DNA of 64,000 nucleotides, taken from positions 17,484,001-17,548,000 of the forward strand of contig NC_088855.1 of NCBI RefSeq assembly GCF_963853765.1, written 5' to 3'. The position numbers and the translations under genes were made by a program. The DNA is from Magallana gigas (taxonomy: Eukaryota). Shown here in pieces: positions 41,001 through 53,000 of the stretch (its first letter is position 1; each line of letters starts with the position of its first letter). Below the pieces are notes generated by a model. That model did not search any database and had not been told where the DNA came from. It saw nothing but the letters and a program-made list of their open reading frames with translations.

Positions 41001-44000
41001 CCAACTGGCATTCACAATTCTCTCAATAGAACAGTAAGTGTTTTTAGATTCATTTAACTAAAAGCTAAAACTTTTTAGGCATTGAACTATAAAAGTATGC
41101 TTGTTTGCTTCTCTCTCTCTTTCTCTCTCTCTCTGCTTATTTAAAACAAAATTTAATCGGGTCATGTTTGGTAAACAAGGAAGCTCGATTATTCCCTAGT
41201 AAATAAATGTGGTATATGCATAGAGGCAGCTAAAGAAATGACACCTTCAATAGCTACTACTGTCCTCCAAAGAAGGCGCGTCCAGCTGAAGGATGAGAGG
41301 TGCAACATTCAGCATGCAAATGAGGTCCTAGAGGATGTTACATACACATCAGGCAAGTATAAAAGTAACAGAAAGGTAAGTAAAATGGAAATTAATACGT
41401 TGGTGAATCAGATATGTCTTGTTATAAAAACTACAATTGTTTGTAATTTGTTTCCATGCTTTCAGAAATTTCGTTGGCAGACAGTATTGATATTAAAAGA
41501 GAAAATACCAGATGCTTTTCCTAGTGGTGTGTTCAATAAAGTAGCCATAGGGAATGCAATTTGATTTTGAGACCACAGAACTTAGTTACTGTTAGTTTTA
41601 AGAAATCATGTTTGGCTATCTGTATTAAATACAACATCCATAAAAAAAAATTCAAAAAATAAAAAAAATGTAGTTTTCTTTTGTTTTTCTTTTGTTTTTG
41701 TTTTGGCATTCTTTAATTTACACAGTAGCTACAGTTTTCAAATTCCATTGATACTGTTTTTGTTGCAAAATCACAACAACGGATTTAAAATTAAGAATAT
41801 AGGTGGATAAGGCGTGTAAAATGCCCATGTACGGTCGGACAAGATATTCTGAAAAAATAATCTGATATTTTTTGAAATATCATTTAAAACAATATATTTA
41901 ACATATCATGGATTTTTAACCTATAAATATGTTCAATACCGGGAATATGTTGACTCAAACAGGCGTTTACGTATCAAAACGTAGAGTGGGACTGGGCTCC
42001 ATATTTTTCTCACAGCCTTAATAAGGTCTTATGGAAAACAAACCGATTTCACAGTCAACAAAAACGTGGAGAGGTGACCAAATATACATTAAAAATATCA
42101 TTTTGTATCCCAACAATGGAACATATTGAAAAAAAAATACAAGTCCGTAAATTCGAGGTAAAAGTGAATCATTATTTAAACAGCCTACTTTGTTGTGTTT
42201 GAAATAGCTCAGTGGTTAGAGCACCTGACATAAGCTAACCTTAGGTTTTTAGGGTTTTTATGTTTTGGGTTCGATACCACTGAAATTTAAGGCAATATTT
42301 TTGTTCTTATCTTTTGTTGAATATATTTTTTTTAAATGACTATAGCTAGAAATTGTGGTTTTGCAAACTTGAATTAAAATATATTTGAATAAATTCAATT
42401 GGAAAAAATAAATTCAAAATTGTATTTTACGACTAAACTGAAAAGGCATTTGCGCTATCTTATCCCCCCCCCCCCTATATTCTTTTACTAAGCTATTTTT
42501 TTTTTAAATTTAAATAATAGGATTTTTTGCCATTCGACATTGTACAGTTTTCAATTGTAACATAGGAGTAGGGCCAAACTGGTCAAATTTGACTTTTCTT
42601 TTTCTTTTAAATCAGCTTCGTTACTTCCTCATAAAGAAAAGTAATGAAGACCAGAAAGCCCTCTTTAAAAGTGTAAATATCACGTCCCACAGGGTAGGGG
42701 GTCCTGACCCTACGGCAGGGCCAATATCGACGCTGTAGAAAAGAAAGGCCGTAACTAGAATTTTCATAGTTTTCAGTATCAAGGGAAAACTGTTTCTTTC
42801 ATATTGTTTTAAATAGATACCATTTTAAGATATAATAGTAAAATCTATAAGCTATTAAATTTAAAATACAGCATACCTTTTTTGGAAATTATATGCAAGA
42901 ATTGATACGACTTTTTAATACTTGATCACAGAGATATAAATAGTTGTAACTGACACTTACGACTTTATGGTTGGTTGATTATTAGGAAATTATGGTCTTA
43001 TGTACCACATAAAACCTTTCAGTTTTCTCTTTAATTACATGTATTCATTTTTTTATTTTATCTATTTACAACACATTACGGTTTATATTTACTGCATTTT
43101 AACGACATACAGAGCTCTACAATGCCTTTGTAGATGATTACACTATTTAGTCTATTATCAATGTTTTTAGAAAAAGCTTTCAAATATTTTTTTTTTACTA
43201 GAATATAGAGAGATTATAAAACTAATTCCTTATTTAAAAAAAATTGAACTATGAAACACATCAACTGTGAATAATATAATACAATTCTAACGTTAAAAAT
43301 ATAAATCAGGAACAGAAACACTCAATTTGAAATTATTCAATTTAAACTGTTCATAAATCAAACAATTCTCTACCAACCAAACAATAGCATTCTGATTTTA
43401 TCGCAAACACTGTCAATCATCCACTTCTGATTCATCTGAAATGTTAGGTTCTGGAAGATTGTCGATTTCTTTGCTGTCGTATGGTAGACTGTGGTAAAAC
43501 CTGTGCATCAGAAATGGGTAGCCGTTCGCTGTATAGTGGTTTTAAACGATAACCTTCCAGAGACTTCATTTTCCGCCTACCTTGGTGAATGTTTAGGCTT
43601 CTGTAGTCATCCTTAAAATCATACTTGAAGATGATATTCGGACATCCTTTTTTGTATTGAAATGAATGAATTCTGTTCCAATGGACAAGATCCCCATTTG
43701 TGTCTTTTTTCTATTTGATACCCCAGAAGATACACACTCTTTGAAATCTAAAATCATTGAGTGCTTAATTTCATGTACGGCATATTTTGGAGAAGTCTGC
43801 TTAGCATTTTTAATTCCTTATATCCAGTCATCTGGACTATACACCTCCAACCTTTTGGTAGAATTTTCAATCGTTGCATGCACTGAGTCCCCTTCCATTT
43901 GAGAATGGCCTCTCTCAAAATAGATAACATGCGTTATAACTTTAATCGGAAAGTTGGTCACGCATAGCAAGCACATGATGCAGAATTGCAAATTTCTTTG

Positions 44001-47000
44001 CTGCCCTGTGCAACTGTCGGAGTAGTATATGATTTCATCTTTGTCTCACATTCTCTGTTGTGCATGTTAAGACAAGTTGAAATTTCACAACTTCCCCGTT
44101 TAGCCTCAGTTTCATGCCACAGATAACATTGTACGTTCCTCGATGCTAGATCATGTGTTGTGAAGTTGTAGGTAGATAGCTTTCTGTTATAGTATGCATC
44201 ACTCACAAACATTTTAGGGGTAATTAGTACTTTCTGTAGGTCAAAATTTACCGCTACGAAATTTTTATCTTTGAGTGCTCTCTCTTTATCTTCCTTCTTT
44301 TGATTTCTAGCGTTTTGTTTCCCCTCCAAATGCTTAAGATGTTCGTTTTTCAAAGGAGTCTCAAAATGTGCAAACATCTTTTTATGGATGATGAAATCCT
44401 ATGTTGTATTCAGTGCAAAAGATGTGGTCATATAGCCAATATTTCACTGGCTCTTTTTCTTTCAACAGACATTTTTCCTTGTATAGCTCATACATCTTTC
44501 TGATTGACAGGTGCTTTTCTAGATATTTTCTGCTTGTAGTTTTCCTACAATAGTGAGATTGAACTGTGGGGAAGGATTCAATATGCTTTCTAATAACATT
44601 TCTGTTTTCCTCAGAGATTCTTTGACTTCCAGGTTTTTTGCCTCTTTTGTCCACGCATCGCACTGTGTCACTTCTGTTTGACGTGTATGACACCGTTTTT
44701 TCCCCTATATTGAGCGTGTCTAAGAAGAATGCCTTGCACACCCTTTCTCTCCCATCATTATTTTCAAGAAAATATTGATAAGTGTATTTCCTTCTTGATT
44801 CTCTCACTGTTGTGCGTTTAGCCTTTTTTTTCCTTTTTTTACATATTGCCTGATAAAATCTCTTTGTCCGCCATATCCTAAGCCCCAATACTGTCCAAAT
44901 ATTTTCAGCTGATCATCTTCTTTAACTTTTTAGAGCATTGGAATCGGCGTCTGCAATCTTTTCTGTTAAAGGGACATGGTCACAATTTTAGTCAAAAATT
45001 ATTTTTCCGATTTTAATGTTTATAATGCTTCAGTAAGGCATTTTTAAAAGGAAACCAAAATTTAAGTGTCTTTTGTTGAGTTATAAGCGAGTTACAGAGC
45101 TTACAATTCTTTGCTATGTAAACAAACCTTTTGTTTACATTTTGAACGTTGAAGTAAAAACTCCAGTTTAAGACCGAAAATGAATGTGGTAAACGTTAAC
45201 ATCTGTTTATTTATGCTTAAAATGAATAAGAAGATGGAATAATCAGTTAGAAAAAGAACTTTTACCGGTATAATGAACTAATGTAAACAAAAACAGGGCA
45301 CGAACCTTGTTTACATGACAGAGAATTGCGAGCCCTGTATCCTGCTTATAACTTCACTACTGACTCTCCAATTTCATTTGGTCATTGGAAATGCATTCCT
45401 AAAGCATTGTATTAAATAATAAAAACAGAAAATTAGACTTTGACTAAAATCGTGACCATGCCCCTTTAAGATTTCGTCTTCTAACTTTCTCACCCTTGCA
45501 GGAAGTATATTCATCCCCTGCGTTTCTCTTTCTCTCTCTTATATTCTGTTTCCACAATTCCGGGTTTTCGAGTGGACGCCGAGATCTAGTAACTGTTGTT
45601 TCCTCACTCCGTGATTGAGATGCATTGTCAGTTTCATTGTCGTTAATAGATTCTGTGTCATCCAAGCTGCCTTCTGACAACTTATCAAGTGCTTGATCAA
45701 TTTCCAAATGCTCAGTTTCAAATTCTGAGTTTTCTGTTTCATTTGTTTGGGTTTCGATTATAACATGTAGAGCTTCTGTATCTAATAGGGCTGTTTCTTC
45801 AAATAGTGGCATTAAAATATTCAAATTCTCAAGCTCTAATGAATCATTTTCACTGTTAAGAACAAAAGTTTCGTCAAGATCAAAGCAACTATCACACTCC
45901 ATCCAATTATTTTTTCATTATTATCAGTTACTGTAATTGCTGGTGGGTTTTGATCATCTTCATCCTCACAGCTTTCTCCAACTGTATTGAAATAATCTGA
46001 ATGATCAACAAAAAAGTTGATTTTTGATTGTTGTTGACCATCTTCCGTCAGATTTGATTCGTTTTCTACTGTTTGTTTTATGCCATTTGTATTACTGCAT
46101 TTAGTATTCTCTTGCCTTTCATTGTTATGTGATTCTTTGATTGATTTTGCAAGGGTATTCAGAGGGATGTCATCATCATTCTTTTTATTTAATCTTAATT
46201 TTTCTTCCAATTGTTTGAGTGAAATGTCCTTATCATCAGATTCAACTTCTTTCAGTGGTGCCATTTTGCACCGTGATAAGATGTTCCCTTATTTCTTTGT
46301 TCAAACCTTTTCCCCTGTGTTTATAAAGATCTATCTGGTTGATGTCATTTAACAGGTGGCAGATCCAAAGATTGTATGTATAAGGTTGTGCGTCTCTTTC
46401 ATTAATAGCTGTGTATGACCGTTGATAGTTTTGTTTTAGTAATAGTAACTCTTTCTCGACAGTAGTTAAAATGTCTTTCTTTGAGGAACAAAATTCACAA
46501 GCCTTATCTGAAATGCATGTATTTAAAATATGAAAGGTCATAAGTAATTTCTATACAATGTGGGGATTGTTTTTATATTAAATCAAAGATAATTATATCG
46601 TTTTTATCGTTAACTGTTTTATCTACGTACATTATTTTTCATTTCAAATGCACTCTCTCAACTTTCACTGACATATTTATTTTGTATTACTTAAACAACT
46701 TGATCACCTTACTTTACAGACTTCACATTCATGAGTATTAAATGAATATTTACATAAGGAACTTTACAAAAGATTGTAAAAACTGTTAGAGTGAGGTAAA
46801 CACTATTATTTGATATAAATATATACTTTTCTTTTATAAGTTTCACTCACCATTTATCACATTCATCATTTTCTCCTAAGCTGCAGCATCTCTGTTGACT
46901 TTTTGTTTGCATCAGTTATCAGTTATGAAATGTCGTAAGTGTCACATACGATGTTTTTAAAAACTATTTGAATGTTTATTAAAGTTGTACGTGACACTTA

Positions 47001-50000
47001 CAGCCGTTCATATCTTTGCGCTTTAGATACGACCAAATAATTTTCTTTTGTTACCATAGAAACATTTGGAATACATTTAAGATTTTTTCAGGTCACGTAA
47101 AAATAATTGTTTATTTTTGTAATTTTTAAAAAAGGGTTTAAAGGTCTTATCTAACACTTACGACCTTTCATTTCTACAACGTCGATATGGGCATATACAT
47201 GTAGTGTTAATGCATTAATGTTTAAGAGTCTTCCTCTTTACTTCTGCTGATACTAAATAGAAACCGACTGTATATTAGAAAAGAACATAAAACCTTCTAC
47301 CGGGTCCCCCCGACAACATACATGTAGAAATACGGGGACATGAAGAGGGGAAAGACAACTTTCCTGCCGTACTTCATTTTGTATGCACAGAAAGACCCAA
47401 CATGGGACTGCACATTTAGAGTCAGCAGACATTAAGGTGAATTTATACAAAATTAACTTTTAAATTTCTGCGCAGACCAAATCAGAAAAAGGGTAGTTGA
47501 TCGCTTTAATGCTGCCAGGTTTTACGGTTTATTGTAGACGAAGCAACAGACTGTTCCACAAAGGAACAGTCTGCACTGTGTGTGATTTTTTATAAAGGTT
47601 CATAAAATATTTGGGAAGAGTTTCATGGATTTCAGGAAGCTGAAAGTACTACGGCGGAGCATCTTGCTATAAAGTTTATATCATCATTAGAGGAATACGG
47701 CATAGTCATTGATCGTATGCGTGAACAGGGAAATGATGGGGCAGCTAGTATGGCTGGCAAGCATAGAGGTGTCCAGGCAAAACTTAGAGAGATAGTACCT
47801 CAAGCTACCTGTACTCATTGACGTGCATTCACTGAATTGTCAGTTCATGCTGGCAAAGAACCACTTAATCTCTTTTGCATCGATTACTCGGCTAAACGTC
47901 TAAAGCAGTTTAACGAATCATTATCGAATGATAATCCAACTAAGGAGCAAATGGAACGCAAAACGAAACTCCAATCTTCATGCGAGACCAAGTGGTTCTC
48001 TAGGGTCGATGCGGTAACGACATTTAAGAAATTTTATTATGTTATTATCGATGCTCTAGAGGATTGTCTGAGGATGGAGACGCTTAAGCAAGAACTTATA
48101 TATGTTCAATAAAACAGTTTGACTTTCTCATACCTCTTGTTACATCTGAACACGTTCTTGCTCCCCCTTAATCCCATCTACAGGAGAAAAACGTAAGATT
48201 TGTTTGAGGCCGCAAAGGAGAGCAAAACCGTGATTTCTATGCAGAGTGCAGAGGGTGTTGATGACGATGTGTGGGATAGTATATTTGAAGAAGCTGTAGC
48301 TATAGAAGTCCAAAATGATGTTCATTCGTTACCGGTACAAAGATTTCTAGACGACGATGCCATCCAGGAAACGTTACTGGAGATACTCCATCAGAATAAT
48401 GGAAGAGAAATCTATAAAATACCAACTGTAGATCATCGTGTTAACGAATTGAACGATCGTTTAGTTCAAAACAAAAACAGATTCTCTGCACAATACATAC
48501 TTTCTTCTCAAATAGGAAACATCACTAGGGCAAAAAATGACAGAACTTTATGACACATTCGGAGAGGACTTACCTGCTAATGACAGCAATGAGTTTCAAC
48601 GAGAGGCGAAAACCAGAAACTCTTGGCGAGACTTTGCTTTCAATTAAGGAACCTTTGTTTTATCCAAACGTCTTCAAATGTTTGGAAATGCTTGCACGTA
48701 TGTCGGTAACTACAGTAACCGCAGAGCGCTTTTTCAGCGTCATGCGTCGCTTGAAGACATACCTCAGGTCAACAACGACGAGACAAAGAATGTCGTTTTT
48801 AGCAAGTTTACACATATACTAGTACATGGATACGGAAGTCAGTATATCAATTGTTATATCAGAATTTGCCGAGAAAAAGCAAAGACGACTTGCCTTTCTT
48901 TTTCAATAAATAAAAAATAAAAATTTGCTCTTCTGATATTTTTATGCCCCTCTTCGAAGAAGAGAGGGCATATTGCTTTGCTGCTGTCTGTCGGTATGTC
49001 GGTCGGTCGGTTCACCAACAGCTTCCGTTCATTTTCTTTGCAAAGGATACACATATTGGAATGACATTTGGTATACAGGATTATCATAATAATATCTAGG
49101 TCAAATTTGATTTTGGGTGGAATCCAGCAATATTCGACAGAGTTGTGCCCCTTTAACATAGAAAAATTCCAATTATTTGCAGTTTCCGTTCATTTTCTTC
49201 GCATAGGATGCTTATATTGAAATGAAATTTGATATACAGGTTCATCATAATAATAAAAAGTTTAATTTTTGGTACGTTCAAGCAATTTTGACAGAGTTAT
49301 GTGCCTTGGACTTAGAAATTATTCAATTATTTTTTTTCCCGTTCATTTTCTTCGCAGTTCTTTCCAAGGGAGGGGGAAGGGGCATAAGTGTATAACAAAC
49401 ATCTCTTGTCTATTTTTATTTGCTCATATTACCATAACCTGGGTGACAGGTTGACAATTATTATGAATAGAATATCGAGAAATAACGAAAGGTTTAAACA
49501 ATATTTTTGTAGACAAAAACGTTAGAGACCAGTAGGAGAGAAAGCACAAGATTTATTAGATGAAAATTAAATTAATAATCAATCAGGCACTTCTTTTTCT
49601 TTTTCATCTTTAATTTTATGATGATAATTTAGTAAGCATTTTACACATTAAAAAACTGAGGGTATTTTAATGAAACTCTTTTTTCTGGATACTCAAAATT
49701 ATAGTATCTGAAATGCTGAAAACTCGACAACTTCCGAGGGCCTCGCCCCCACCAGGGCTTCGCCCTGGACTTATTGGGGCCTCAAGGTTGGCCCCAACCC
49801 CCTACTTTTTCTGCTTCCACAATAAACAAACCTTAGCTACGCCCCTGAATAGACATCAGTATGAATATAAATATATGCACTGAATGCTAATATTTGGATG
49901 TTGTCGGTCCCATAACACACCAAGCGGTGCAGGCAAATTATCATAGTGCGCTTTTGCGCGGTATTCAATTTGTCTAGAGTTATTCAATTTGTCTGCACCG

Positions 50001-53000
50001 CTTGGTGTGTTATAGGACTTACGACATCCAAAAATAAGCATTCAATGCCTAAATATTCAAATTAAGTGAGAGAATATGGCAGTTTTTTTTTCATTTAAAT
50101 GCTCTGGGAAATGTTCGGTCCGTTCCCTTGGGATCGGGAGACGCTAGAAAAAATGTATAATATTTGCCATCTTTAGTCTACTGTATTTATAAAATCATCG
50201 AAATGCTGTTTTAACAGTGAACAATTTTTTTAGTAAATTATTATCTATCGTTAGATATCGTTTTAATATCAATATCAAAATTATAGAATTCATAGTCTTT
50301 TTTGCAAGACTTCAGGTAGGAGAGGGGGCGTTCATTACCATTTTTAAAAAATGCTTTTAACTCCAGAATGAAGATTAAAATATTGCATTTGTGAGATTCC
50401 ATGACACATAAATGGCCTATGGTACTCGAGCTCAGGGTGTGGGCGGCTCTTGTTTCAAGTTACGACAGTCCCGGGATTCGTTGTATTCTGAGCACATTTA
50501 AGCATTTGCATCCACACTGACATGCCATAGCCAAAGGGATTTATGGAACAGAGTGAATAAGATTAAAACATATCGTTGATAGAATTCTCAGCACGTTACC
50601 CATTTTAACTGTTATCCTTTAAACATTTCCGACAGGTTATTATCTTGATTGCTTTTGCTGAATCCAGCGCGTTCATTTGTCGCTGTGTTTATTAACTTAT
50701 TAACTTCATGGCATGAACGAGATAAATAAAGGTTTTGCCCTGATCGTTAAAAGTTAATTTTTGTTATTGAAATTTGGGATTACGATCATATACCTTTTTT
50801 CAAAGAACTTCCTCCTCAATACACAATTTGTATAATCAATTCTCACTCAATTCCTCTTTCAGCTGCTACAATGAACAGCGGTTTTCGATGGAGAAACAAT
50901 TGATTCAATGATTATTCACATTGTTGTTATTATCGAGAAGAGGATTAAAATACATGTATCTTAACAAAGAGAAAATATTTGAATTATTAATTTACGTACT
51001 AATAACTAACTTTGACGACCTTCTAAGGATTTTAAAATCCTTTTTATATTTCCAACAAATAACGGTCAACGTCAATTCACAGCTATTAACAATAATATTT
51101 TTAAGGATTTTGTGAATTTTAGAAGAATGATACCTATATAAGAAAGCGTAAACTCTTGCATATTTAACTAGATTTCTGTTTTTGAGTTAAAATGTTATCA
51201 TGCACTAGGTTCTACAACTTGTTTGGCCCCTTCGAGAGATGTTCAGAAAATACATCCTTTTTTACAACACCATATGTTCAAAGTTGTATAAGATACATGA
51301 GCCGCCTTTTATTAAACACTTTGAAGTAAGTTGCGCAGCGCCGGCGAGGAAAGCGACCTCTAAGAATCAGTGCGCGGGAAAAAGAACGAGCTAACCCCAC
51401 AGATTCATCAAAGAACTCTTTAAAAAAAGATATTTAAAAATCTTATGAGTTCCTTTAGCGGATATGGTATAGGCTCTGAGCACACTAATACAATTTGAGC
51501 ATGACGATGATTCTAAACAAAACAAATATAAATCAATAGCGGTAGATTTTTTTTTAAATTGTTTACCTTTATTAATTGAAGACATCGCTTTTGGTACATG
51601 AAATGACCCTTAAAGCGGTGCATTTCCATGCCCTATACAATATAGTGAGATATATAAAATCTTACTAAATATTGAGAAATCGTTACTTGTTTGTCAGATA
51701 ATTTTGATTGGCTTAAGGCACTTGAGTTGATGTTTTGAGATAAAATAAAATTATGGTCATTGCATAAAGTGATTGAATATCCAAACTCCTAATTTTTTAT
51801 TACTCAGCAAGAAAAAAATCACACAGGTCCAATCACGAAAATACAAATACGATTAAATGAGCAAGCAGGGAAAGGGCGTTAAACTGCATTATACAGGATA
51901 ATAACGACGAAATAATTGACTAGTATATTTCCATACATCTATAGCTAAATATTTTTTTTCACTGTGTTCTGTTTAAATATGAAAATGAAGCAAATACATT
52001 GAATAAAGAATATTCTTGAAACGCTTTTACTTCTCTAGAAACGAATCCATTTTAATTCAAAGTTAGATTTCAATGAAGCTGTATAAATTATGGTGTCCGC
52101 CACAGCAGACTTTTCATCCAATATGTACAGGTTCAATCTTTCCAAAGACTTAAGTGTTATTATCAGCAACCGCAGCAGCCATTTCCATTGATTGGCTAAA
52201 CTTTGCACCTGAGATGAATCATTCACTACCGAGACAATGGTGACAATTGACTTTTTGTGTTTACGAGAATTAATAGCTTATTATATACGAACCCCGGATT
52301 CCTCTTCAAAGATTTAAAATTTTCTCGTTTCAATCAAGTACACTACTCAATGCACAATCTTTCTCTGTAATATCATCAGATATTTACCTTATCATTTTAT
52401 AAGAAAAAAAAAGGTAAACTTGATGAAAGATTACTCTAAAGAGAAAAAAACTATATACAACTGTCGTTGAACTTGGAAAAACAGCGAGGGCCAAAGCGTT
52501 TAGCATTCGTTGTACGGTGTGTTGTGTCTCTTTTTTTTTAATATTAAATTCACATGGCAGAGTGGCCACCATGATATCAGACTTGAGCCTTCTCGGATTT
52601 TCTTTTGCAAAAATTTATTCAAGAGATTTAACGAATCTCAATATAAAATGGAAAAAAAAACGTACACAATGTTGAACATGTGATGAGAGAAACTTTTTTA
52701 TATAATTCCGGATTATGGTCAACAAGTACAGAACAAAATCTCACATCAGTATTTTTCCCGGTAAAGTAGACAAGATTGCATGATAGACTGATAATTGACT
52801 TACATTTCTTTTTGACAAATACTATTATACATATCATTTTACACAAAACGCACATCTAATACATTTATAAAGGCAAATATGATAAAAAGAAAAAAAGGCC
52901 AGTTTTTTAAAACCCTGCTAAAAAATACATAAATTCTGTGTTTTAAAGGACAGACAAAATAAATGAAACTTCAAGTTTATAAAACAAAATATTTGACAGA

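Larger units (their letters stand above)
42728..47184 (-). mobile_element. Decayed Sola-superfamily DNA transposon (Sola1-like), complete with both TIRs
   Basis: ~27-bp imperfect TIR CGACG(C/T)TGTAGAAA(A/T)GAAAGG(C/T)CGTAA; ATAT duplication at 42724-27 and 47185-88; subterminal ACACTTAC(GAC) repeats at both ends. Confidence 0.85.

Noticed and set aside
42200-42285. tRNA gene
   Set aside because: Only the A and B boxes match; no cloverleaf or anticodon arm, and internal T-runs.
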